This document shows, piece by piece, positions 6,957-13,650 of a DNA stretch of 32,370 bases. The number at the start of each line of letters is the position of its first letter. The stretch's first letter is position 1. The notes under the pieces were generated by a model. It searched no databases. It was not told the DNA's origin and saw only the letters and a program-made list of their open reading frames with translations. The translations under genes and the position numbers were made by a program. Source of the DNA: Candidatus Yonathbacteria bacterium RIFOXYD1_FULL_52_36 (GTDB lineage: Bacteria; Patescibacteriota; Minisyncoccia; Phycocordibacterales; UBA1539_B); assembly GCA_001823605.1 (NCBI GenBank), contig MHUZ01000012.1:1-32370 (forward strand), given 5' to 3'.

Positions 6957-8354
6957 ATGCTTACCCAAGAACTCATCGAGTACATTCGCCAGGCACAAAA
7001 TGCCGGTATGACCCCGGAACAGATCCGCAAAGCGCTTGCCGAAAGCGGCTGGGCTGAGGCCGATATCACCCAAGCGCTCTCCGCGATGAACGCCGCGTTT
7101 GATTCCGGTCGTGCAGATCGCATTGCGGCAAGTGTCACCCCTGCTACCGCAACGACATCAAACAACCTCTCTCCGACAACAGAATCTTCCCCTCCTGCCG
7201 TACGTGAGCCCATCATTCAAAATGAAAACCCCATCGACGCTACGCCACCAGAAACTCGTGCCCCCCACAAGCGCACTGCACTCATTGTTACACTCCTTGT
7301 GCTCGGGCTCATCATACTCGGTGGTGCATACGTCGCCTATGCGATCTATGCACAAACACCAGGTGCAATGCTTTCGCGCGCCGAAGACAACGCCTCTTCA
7401 ACGCATACGTATGTAAGTGACATCTTTATGGGAGTATCCGCCAAAGAAACCGGGCAGTATTCATCGGCACAGCCAATGACCGCTTCATTCTCGCTTAACG
7501 CGCGCTCAGAGGAAGACCTTCGCGATACGGCAAATCCAAAAATGCACGCGACGGCAACACTTACAGGAAACTTCGGCGGCGTGAGTGCTTCAGGAGATCT
7601 CGAGGCTACACTCTTGGAGAAAACTTTTTTTATCCGCATAAAAGACCTTCCTGCATTCGTTGCCGCCATTGATGCCGACTTCGCTGCATATATCCGTGGC
7701 AGATGGTTCTCGATCGATGCGCAAAAATTTCCCGACGGCTTGCGCGCGCTTGGTGCATCAGAAGACGATGTCACTGAGACACGTGCATGGCTTACTGAAA
7801 CGCTCACGTTCAAAAACCGATACATGAGCCTATCGCAGACCCTTACGGATTTTCTTGCACTCACCAAACCCGAAAGCCCTATTGCCGGGTTCTCCCTCAA
7901 GGAAACCGGTGAAACGATCATTGGAGATGAGAGCACCCGCTCCTACTTCGTGAGCGGTACCAAGGAGGCATGGATCGCTCTCGCCGAAGAAGGCGCAAAA
8001 ACTCGGCCGGAGGTGGAGCGTACCGCCATTGAAAGATCTATCGCAGAACTGCGCAACAACACAACAGCTAAAGATCTTGCCTTGGCAGTAACATTCTGGG
8101 TGGGCAAAGAATCTCATATGCTCCGAAAATACGAGGTGGTGGTTTCCGGGATAGAACAAAGAGAAGCATCTAACGGACTCCGGCCTGAGAGCACTCCGTT
8201 ATCAGTTGAATTCACCTTCCGTTTTTCAGAGATCTTCAGTGCATTCAACGAACCTGTTACGGTCATTCGTCCCGACCCCGCAACGCCGCTCATCGAAGTT
8301 CTCGAGCAGGCACAGCGCACGGTACTTGATCAGTCAACGGGTGCACCGCGTTAA
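6957..8354 (+). CDS. Hypothetical single-pass membrane protein, probably co-transcribed with nirK
   Basis: 465-aa ORF starting 13 nt after the nirK stop. N-terminal helical module LIEYIRQAQNAGMTPEQIRKALAESGWAEADITQAL, a Pro/Thr/Ser linker, a TM helix (ALIVTLLVLGLIILGGAYVAYAIYA), then a roughly 330-aa extracytoplasmic domain with no motif I recognise. Confidence 0.75.
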   Translation: MLTQELIEYIRQAQNAGMTPEQIRKALAESGWAEADITQALSAMNAAFDSGRADRIAASVTPATATTSNNLSPTTESSPPAVREPIIQNENPIDATPPETRAPHKRTALIVTLLVLGLIILGGAYVAYAIYAQTPGAMLSRAEDNASSTHTYVSDIFMGVSAKETGQYSSAQPMTASFSLNARSEEDLRDTANPKMHATATLTGNFGGVSASGDLEATLLEKTFFIRIKDLPAFVAAIDADFAAYIRGRWFSIDAQKFPDGLRALGASEDDVTETRAWLTETLTFKNRYMSLSQTLTDFLALTKPESPIAGFSLKETGETIIGDESTRSYFVSGTKEAWIALAEEGAKTRPEVERTAIERSIAELRNNTTAKDLALAVTFWVGKESHMLRKYEVVVSGIEQREASNGLRPESTPLSVEFTFRFSEIFSAFNEPVTVIRPDPATPLIEVLEQAQRTVLDQSTGAPR

Positions 8355-8374
8355 AAATTGTGGTTAGCATTAAA

Positions 8375-8409
8375 CAAAAAAACCGCGCTCTATGGAGCGC
8401 GGTTTTTTT
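8375..8409. terminator. Bidirectional intrinsic terminator
   Basis: aaaaaaaccgcgctc-tatg-gagcgcggttttttt between convergent stops at 8354 (+) and 8415 (-). Confidence 0.8.
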
Positions 8410-8414
8410 GTTGG

Positions 8415-8735
8415 CTATGCGTTTTGTTCGATAGGAAGTCCTCCGCGGATCCAGCCGGAGATCCCGCCCATGAGATTGTAGACTGCGGTAAACTCACGTT
8501 GCTCCATTTCTGCCACTGCGCGTGCCGAGCGTCCGCCAGTCGCACAGTACACGACATACGGGTGACTCTTGTCGAGAGATTCGATCTTCTCGAGAAAATC
8601 CGGTGTCGAAATATCGATATTGATCGCGCGCTCCAAATGCGCTTCGCCATATTCTTCCGGAGTGCGTACGTCAATGATCGTTGTCGCAGCTTCCTCAATG
8701 AGCTTTCGTGCGTCTTCTAATGTAATGATATTCAT
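8415..8735 (-). CDS. Single-domain rhodanese-like sulfurtransferase
   Basis: IIDVRTPEEYGEAHLERAINIDI and active-site loop VVYCATGGRSARA. The ATG at 8735 is preferred over the track start at 8789, which is a GTG directly abutting the rpsT terminator T-run. Confidence 0.8.
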   Translation of the reverse strand: MNIITLEDARKLIEEAATTIIDVRTPEEYGEAHLERAINIDISTPDFLEKIESLDKSHPYVVYCATGGRSARAVAEMEQREFTAVYNLMGGISGWIRGGLPIEQNA

Positions 8736-8789
8736 AGGAATTGGTTGCCCCAACACCTCATGGGTGCTGGGGTATTTCAATGGTAGCAC

Positions 8790-8820
8790 AAAAAAATACC
8801 GAGGGCGACCCGGTATTTTC
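8790..8820 (-). terminator. rpsT terminator
   Basis: Minus strand reads ataccgggtcgccctcggtat followed by ttttttt, 20 nt after the rpsT stop. Confidence 0.65.
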
Positions 8821-8841
8821 TAGCGTATATCCAACAGGATC

Positions 8842-9105
8842 TTACGCAGTTTTTTTGATGAGGCGCACAAGACGTGACTTCTTGCGAGCAGCAGCATTCT
8901 TTTTGATAACACCGCGCTTTACGGCCTTATCGAGGGCTTTGTATGCAAGCGGGAGCAATTTTTCCGCTTCGGTTCTTGCTTTCGCGGAAACAGCTTTGCT
9001 TACATCTTTTACCGCTTCCTTCATTACCTTCTTGCGACGGTCGTTAAAGACCTTCTTTCGGGCAGAGGAGCGGAGCGCCTTTTTTGCTGATTTGATGATT
9101 GGCAT
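8842..9105 (-). CDS. rpsT: 30S ribosomal protein S20
   Basis: MPIIKSAKKALRSSARKKVFNDRRKKVMKEAVK...AYKALDKAVKRGVIKKNAAARKKSRL is a typical S20. The start at 9105 is set by the S20 N-terminus and the promoter geometry; the track ORF extends spuriously to 9231. Confidence 0.92.
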   Translation of the reverse strand: MPIIKSAKKALRSSARKKVFNDRRKKVMKEAVKDVSKAVSAKARTEAEKLLPLAYKALDKAVKRGVIKKNAAARKKSRLVRLIKKTA

Positions 9106-9169
9106 TGCCGTACTATACGGAATCCCGCCCCAAAATGCAAGAGTGGGGAGAGTGGTGTATGATGGAGCC
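9106..9169. promoter_or_regulatory. Mirror-symmetric divergent leaderless promoters for rpsT and ruvA
   Basis: Minus strand: TTGCAT (9140-9135), 17 nt, TATAGT (9117-9112), 6 nt, ATG (9105). Plus strand: ATGCAA (9135-9140), 17 nt, TATGAT (9158-9163), 6 nt, ATG (9170). Both use the same hexamer position as their -35. Confidence 0.55.
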
Positions 9170-9754
9170 ATGATCGGAAAAATCTCAGGTGCTGTATCGT
9201 TCAAAGGCGACCGTTTTGTCATTATCGACACCGGCGGAGTCGGCTACAAAGTCTTCATTACCTTGGAATGCTTGCGCACCCTCCCCCGCGAGGATGAAGG
9301 GTCGCTATCACTCTGGATACACACCGTCGTCCGCGAGGATGCGCTCGATCTCTACGGATTTGCGAACCGAAGCGAACTTGATCTCTTTGAACGCCTGATC
9401 AGTATCTCGGGCGTCGGCCCGAAGTCAGCACTCTCGATCATTGGCATGGCGCCCGTTGAGACACTTCGTAAGGCGATCGCCTCGGGCGACACCACCTACC
9501 TCACCAAAGTCTCCGGCATCGGAAGAAAAACCGCCGAGAAGATCGTGCTCGAACTCAAAGAGACGCTTGGGTATCGTCCTGGCGCCGAAGGCGACCTGAC
9601 CACCAAGCAAGAGCTCGACGCCATTGAGGCGCTTGAAGCACTGGGGTACTCCGCGCGTGAAGCCCGTGACACGCTCGCACAAGTACACCCCGAGATCAAA
9701 GACACGAACGCGCGACTGAAAGAGGCGCTCAAAATGCTCGGCGGTCGGTCATAA
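9170..9754 (+). CDS. ruvA: Holliday junction DNA helicase subunit RuvA
   Basis: MIGKISGAVSFKGDRFVIIDTGGVGYKVFI..., two helix-hairpin-helix motifs (ISGVGPKSALSI, VSGIGRKTAEKI) and C-terminal domain III. The track ORF start at 8741 is antisense to rpsT. Confidence 0.92.
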   Translation: MIGKISGAVSFKGDRFVIIDTGGVGYKVFITLECLRTLPREDEGSLSLWIHTVVREDALDLYGFANRSELDLFERLISISGVGPKSALSIIGMAPVETLRKAIASGDTTYLTKVSGIGRKTAEKIVLELKETLGYRPGAEGDLTTKQELDAIEALEALGYSAREARDTLAQVHPEIKDTNARLKEALKMLGGRS

Positions 9755-9767
9755 TCCACCATTCACT

Positions 9768-11039
9768 ATGTCTCTCGAATCAATCCTTCGCATCGGGCGC
9801 CGTATCATTCCTCGCACACTATTCACGGCGGCACAGCCGATCTACCACTACCTGCTCGCGCTCTCTGGAGCACTCGCGTACGGTTTCCCTTCCCGTAAAC
9901 TCTTCGTGGTACTCATAACAGGCACCAAAGGAAAGACCACGACTGCAGAACTCGTGAATGCCGTTCTTGAAGGATCCGGAAAGAAGACCGCCCTTGCGGG
10001 GACACTGCGTTTCAAGATCGGCGAAACATCAAAACCGAATCCCTACAAAATGACCATTCGGGGGCGTTGGTTCCTGCAACGGTTTCTTCGCGATGCGGTC
10101 CGTGCCGGTTGCACCCATGCCGTAATCGAGATGACATCTGAAGGCGCCAAACAGTTCCGCCAAAAATTTCTCTCTGTTGATGCGGTCGTATTTTTAAACA
10201 TCTCCCCCGAGCACATCGAGTCGCATGGTTCATTTGAAAACTACCTTGCCGCAAAACTTGCGATTGCGCGCACGCTTGCGCACTCAAAGAAACCCCATCG
10301 CATCATCGTCGCCAACAGCGATGACGCGCACGCACAGGATTTTTTCACCGTAGCGCGTGCGGAAAAAGTTCCCTTCTCGATCAAGCAAGCCGAGAATCTT
10401 TCTCTCACCGAACGCGGCAGTTCTTTTTCATTCGACAATACACCGATCACCCTTTCGATCCCCGGCGAGTTCAATGTACGCAATGCACTCGCTGCGCTCA
10501 ATCTTGGCAAAACACTCGCGATCCCCGGACCATTGATGGCTGAGTCGCTTGCACGTATCACTCTTGTCCGCGGACGTATGGAGTACGTGGATGCCGGGCA
10601 ACCGTTTTCAGTGATCGTTGATTACGCGCACACAGCCGACTCCCTAGAGAATGCCTACGGAGCACATCGCAATGCACGCAAGATCTGCGTCCTTGGATCA
10701 ACCGGCGGGGGTCGTGATCAATGGAAACGAAAAGAGATGGGGGCGGTTGCCGACAAGCACTGCGCCGAGATCATTCTCACTAACGAAGATCCCTACGACG
10801 AAGACCCTATGCAGATCGTGAATGCTGTAAAGGAAGGTGTCACTACAAAACCGTGCCACATTATCATGGACCGGCGCGAGGCAATTCGTGAAGCACTGAA
10901 GCGTGCACACACAGGAGATGCCGTGTACATCACCGGCAAAGGAACTGACCCGTACATCATGGAAGCAAACGGTGCGCGCACACCATGGGATGACGCAACT
11001 GTGGTGCGTGAAGAGCTCAAGAAACTTTTAGGGCATTAG
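9768..11039 (+). CDS. murE: Mur ligase, MurE-like (UDP-MurNAc-tripeptide synthetase) lacking the canonical N-terminal domain
   Basis: P-loop ITGTKGKTTT at residues about 50-59, DYAHTADSLENAY, TNEDPYDEDP, ITGKGTDPY. 423 aa. Confidence 0.75.
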   Translation: MSLESILRIGRRIIPRTLFTAAQPIYHYLLALSGALAYGFPSRKLFVVLITGTKGKTTTAELVNAVLEGSGKKTALAGTLRFKIGETSKPNPYKMTIRGRWFLQRFLRDAVRAGCTHAVIEMTSEGAKQFRQKFLSVDAVVFLNISPEHIESHGSFENYLAAKLAIARTLAHSKKPHRIIVANSDDAHAQDFFTVARAEKVPFSIKQAENLSLTERGSSFSFDNTPITLSIPGEFNVRNALAALNLGKTLAIPGPLMAESLARITLVRGRMEYVDAGQPFSVIVDYAHTADSLENAYGAHRNARKICVLGSTGGGRDQWKRKEMGAVADKHCAEIILTNEDPYDEDPMQIVNAVKEGVTTKPCHIIMDRREAIREALKRAHTGDAVYITGKGTDPYIMEANGARTPWDDATVVREELKKLLGH

Positions 11040-11533
11040 CATCCAAGCATCCGAAAGAGTGCGACGCCAGCAGCGACCGAAACATTGAGTGATTCTTTGC
11101 TCCCTTTCATGGGGATTTCCGCGATACCATCCACGAGCTTGAGTATCGATTTTGATATCCCCCCTGTCTCGTTCCCGAGGACAAACGCAACTTTTTTTGA
11201 AATGGTGACTTTTGTGTAGGGAACCGCTTTCGGATCCTGCTCGATCGCGATCACCTGATACCCATCCTTTTGTAATCGCCTGATGAGCGTGGGGGTATTC
11301 TTTCTTGTTTCCCAGGGAACCGTTTCCTCTGCCCCAAGTGCTGTTTTGCGAATATCGTTCTGAATTTTTCCGAACACATTTTTTGGTGCCGGAGTATATC
11401 CTGCACAAAATATCTTTGCTACTCCTGCGCCATCTGCCGTACGAAATATTGATCCGACATTATAAGCGCTTCTTATGTCGTGAAGGATGAGTACTACTTC
11501 ACGGGTCCTATTCTTTGCGGTATTGGTCGGCAT
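11036..11533 (-). CDS. SpoU/TrmH-family RNA 2'-O-methyltransferase
   Basis: ILHDIRSAYNVGSIFRTADGAG, VLGNETGGIS, IPMKGSKESLNVSVAAGVALF (SPOUT knot motifs). Its stop overlaps the murE stop (tta/tag at 11036-11039). Confidence 0.85.
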   Translation of the reverse strand: MPTNTAKNRTREVVLILHDIRSAYNVGSIFRTADGAGVAKIFCAGYTPAPKNVFGKIQNDIRKTALGAEETVPWETRKNTPTLIRRLQKDGYQVIAIEQDPKAVPYTKVTISKKVAFVLGNETGGISKSILKLVDGIAEIPMKGSKESLNVSVAAGVALFRMLGC

Positions 11534-11580
11534 GTGCGCGCATCATAGCGCAGAAGCGCTATCTTTGGTAGGATGTCTGT
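11534..11580. promoter_or_regulatory. 47-bp divergent promoter region (SpoU-family gene / DoxX-like gene)
   Basis: Plus strand: TAGGAT (11569-11574), 6 nt, ATG 11581. Minus strand: TATGAT (11547-11542), 8 nt, ATG 11533. The palindrome atagcgc-agaa-gcgctat (11545-11562) lies between them. Confidence 0.45.
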
Positions 11581-11958
11581 ATGGATATTGGAATAGTAAG
11601 CATCTTCCCTTCACTCTTCGACTACGAATTCCTCGCGGTCGGCATACTGCGTATTGGACTGGGACTTCTCGTTCTTTCTGTCGGTTCGCGCATGCTCACA
11701 TGGGCAAAAACCCCACAAAGCGACGCGCGTTTACTTGGGGGATCCGCAAGCATCGTCGGACTCGCACTCGCGGTGGGTATCTACACGCAAATCGCTGCGA
11801 TTCTTGCAGGGATCATTTGGGGTATCATTGCATTCCACGCCCCGCGCAAAACAGAGGCGCCCATAAATATTCGGGTGATGTATGCATTCCTCGCGCTTGT
11901 TTCACTTCTTCTTGTATTCTTTGGTCCTGGTGCCTTTGCCATTGACCTGCCGTTTTAA
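11581..11958 (+). CDS. DoxX-family small membrane protein
   Basis: 125 aa, four hydrophobic helices. LRIGLGLLVLSVG and C-terminal FFGPGAFAIDLPF resemble DoxX signatures. Confidence 0.65.
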   Translation: MDIGIVSIFPSLFDYEFLAVGILRIGLGLLVLSVGSRMLTWAKTPQSDARLLGGSASIVGLALAVGIYTQIAAILAGIIWGIIAFHAPRKTEAPINIRVMYAFLALVSLLLVFFGPGAFAIDLPF

Positions 11959-11970
11959 ATCTTTTCAAAC

Positions 11971-12000
11971 AAAACCCCGATGTTCTCACCTCGGGGTTTT
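11971..12000. terminator. Bidirectional terminator
   Basis: aaaaccccga-tgttctcacc-tcggggtttt, 12 nt after the DoxX-like stop and downstream of the minus-strand tRNA-Lys region. Confidence 0.7.
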
Positions 12001-12009
12001 GTTATTCAT

Positions 12010-12043
12010 GTCCGCCCGGTAGGACGCTGCGCTATCGAACTCC
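12010..12043 (-). repeat. Degenerate partial copy of the tRNA-Lys 3' end
   Basis: gtccgcccggtagga (12010-12024) is identical to 12149-12163, the tRNA-Lys acceptor 3' strand plus T-stem. atcgaac follows after a 9-nt insertion. Confidence 0.7.
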
Positions 12044-12149
12044 TGGGAAACCCACGGTTTTCCCAATCCTTCCTCCACGGGAAACTACCGTTTCCCGACC
12101 CCTTCCCGTTCGATTCCTACCGAACGGCTTATTTCGTTTCACTCAATAG

Positions 12150-12222
12150 TCCGCCCGGTAGGAATCGAACCTACGACCGTTTGCTTAAAAGGCAACTGCT
12201 CTACCGACTGAGCTACGGGCGG
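12150..12222 (-). tRNA. tRNA-Lys (UUU)
   Basis: Minus strand folds as CCGCCCG-TA-GCTC-AGTCGGTA-GAGC-A-GTTGC-CTTTTAA-GCAAA-CGGTC-GTAGG-TTCGATT-CCTAC-CGGGCGG-A. 73 nt, no encoded CCA. Confidence 0.88.
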
Positions 12223-12318
12223 ATATGCTTTCCATCTTTTTACCACACATTTTTACCACAAAACTGCGTATTTAACAATGGAGCGAGTTGGGCTCTGAAA
12301 GTTATCCACAGGATGGTG

Positions 12319-12346
12319 TTGCGTGCTTTTTAGAGAACGCTATAAT
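12319..12346 (+). promoter_or_regulatory. Orphan sigma70-like promoter
   Basis: TTGCGT (12319-12324), 16 nt, TATAAT (12341-12346). A perfect TTATCCACA lies at 12302-12310 just upstream. No protein-coding ORF follows. Confidence 0.5.
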
Positions 12347-12352
12347 GAACAC

Positions 12353-12501
12353 AGAACGATCGTGATGAAAGTTTTTCTGTCAGGCCTGTCCACCTAGATC
12401 GGACCTACTACTCACAAAAAAACCTTCATTCCACAATTGCTGTTTCATGGGCTTAGTGCCCTCCTCATATAAAAAGACCATCCTCGGGTGGTCTTTTTTT
12501 T
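12353..12501 (+). ncRNA. Candidate ~150-nt small RNA of unknown class
   Basis: The interval runs from the predicted start site of the orphan promoter to the terminator at 12471-12501. The only ORFs are a 10-codon ORF (12365) and a 28-codon ORF that runs through the terminator. Confidence 0.35.
12471..12501. terminator. Bidirectional terminator (candidate sRNA / holA-like gene)
   Basis: aaaaagaccatcc-tc-gggtggtctttttttt, 6 nt from the holA-like stop at 12507. Confidence 0.7.
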
Positions 12502-12506
12502 GCATG

Positions 12507-13229
12507 CTACTTTGCGAGCGCCGTGAGCACTAAACGTTCAAGGTCTGATTCAAGATCAGAGAGACCACGGTGCGCATCGTGATACATCGTCACTAATTGA
12601 TCGAGGATCGCCGAAAGCTCTTCTCCTGAAAACCGTCCGGCAAATCGCGTTGTCTTGGTGAGTACGAACGGCGAAAGCCCCGTATCCCCTGCTCCACCCA
12701 CCTGTTTTACGAGCGCCATATTCTTTACCATCCAAAAGATCGTCCCGTGTACTTCTTCCGCTGAGACGCCCTCCTTAAATGCCTCGGTCAACAGGATCCA
12801 TGCTTTCTTTTTGTCTCGTTCTCCGAACGCATCCGCCAATGCAAAAATGTTAAATCCCGATTGATTGCGCTTCTCAGGGAGGACGATCTCCCAAAACTTC
12901 CCCTCTGCTGTTTTAATGCTCTGCACAACATCTTTGTCTTTGGTAAGCTTTCCCGTTCGAAATACAAAGAGGTGCGGGGATGTGGCGAGCATGCGCGCAG
13001 TTTCAATGAATGCCTCTTTCCCTTCTGTTGACTCGAGTGCCTCTTCGAGCACGAACACGCGCGTGGTCCCAAAGAGTGAGTCTCCTGCCGCAAGATCCTC
13101 ATACTCACCCACTGTCCGCGCACCCTTCACTTCATGGAGATGCGCACCTCCTTCGAGCGCTCGTGTGACGACCGCTCGAGATTCTTGATAGATGCGCGAC
13201 GTATCATCACCGGAGAAAACATATAACAT
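12507..13229 (-). CDS. holA: DNA polymerase III delta subunit-like (HolA-like), short form
   Basis: 240 aa. N-terminal MLYVFSGDD..., mid-region VFVLEE (clamp-loader-like) and helical C-terminal part IFALADAFGERDKKKAWILLTEA typical of delta subunits. TACAAT (13241-13236) lies 6 nt before the ATG. Confidence 0.55.
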   Translation of the reverse strand: MLYVFSGDDTSRIYQESRAVVTRALEGGAHLHEVKGARTVGEYEDLAAGDSLFGTTRVFVLEEALESTEGKEAFIETARMLATSPHLFVFRTGKLTKDKDVVQSIKTAEGKFWEIVLPEKRNQSGFNIFALADAFGERDKKKAWILLTEAFKEGVSAEEVHGTIFWMVKNMALVKQVGGAGDTGLSPFVLTKTTRFAGRFSGEELSAILDQLVTMYHDAHRGLSDLESDLERLVLTALAK

Positions 13230-13320
13230 TCCCGTATTGTACGTGGCGATGGTGTGTTTGACAAAATATGATTTATGTTATACAAATAGTCTGGACCAAC
13301 AGAACAAAAGGAGTAATTCC

Positions 13321-13599
13321 GTGGAAGGTGTATCCCCCAATGCAATCATACATAGTGTGATCATATATGATCCACGTATAAGCAGTGACGAGTTGAGTAG
13401 AGTGGATCAATCACTCGAAAGACTCCAGAAAAAATTCCCCGAGACCATCTTCGAGAACCGCATTGAGCCCGACAATCGTCACAACCCCTACTTCTTCGAT
13501 GCATATCGCGATGGCGCACATATCGTAAGCCGTGGCGGTGATTCACCCGAAGAGGCCGAGTGTCGCATCTCTCGGGCACTCGAACAACACTTCTCATAA
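13321..13599 (+). CDS. Hypothetical small protein
   Basis: In-frame GTG at 13321 preceded by AAGGAG with 7-nt spacing. 92 aa. Terminator immediately downstream. No recognisable motif. Confidence 0.5.
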   Translation: MEGVSPNAIIHSVIIYDPRISSDELSRVDQSLERLQKKFPETIFENRIEPDNRHNPYFFDAYRDGAHIVSRGGDSPEEAECRISRALEQHFS

Positions 13600-13616
13600 T
13601 CCACCTTATGAGACCC

Positions 13617-13650
13617 CCCCGCTCCTCACACGAGCGGGGTTTCTTTTTTT
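13617..13650 (+). terminator. Intrinsic terminator
   Basis: ccccgctc-ctcacac-gagcgggg followed by tttctttttttt. Abuts the polA stop. Confidence 0.7.

Noticed and set aside
7346-8159. Antisense ORFs (196 aa and 109 aa) inside the 465-aa gene
   Set aside because: No start signals, and Ser/Arg-rich composition typical of antisense frames. The plus frame has a coherent TM-plus-domain architecture and terminator placement.
12237-12310. Replication origin (perfect TTATCCACA plus two TTTTACCACA repeats)
   Set aside because: The TTTTACCACA repeats read TGTGGTAAAAA on the minus strand and fit tandem extended -10 boxes for tRNA-Lys. No dnaA or dnaN lies nearby. Flanking gene orientation (plus to the left, minus to the right) is the opposite of an origin.
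11980-12333. 117-aa plus-strand ORF
   Set aside because: It runs through the tRNA-Lys gene and its repeat region.
12353-12501. SRP (4.5S) RNA, because of gtcaggcc
   Set aside because: The conserved domain IV (GGAA tetraloop context, AAGCAGCC) is absent.
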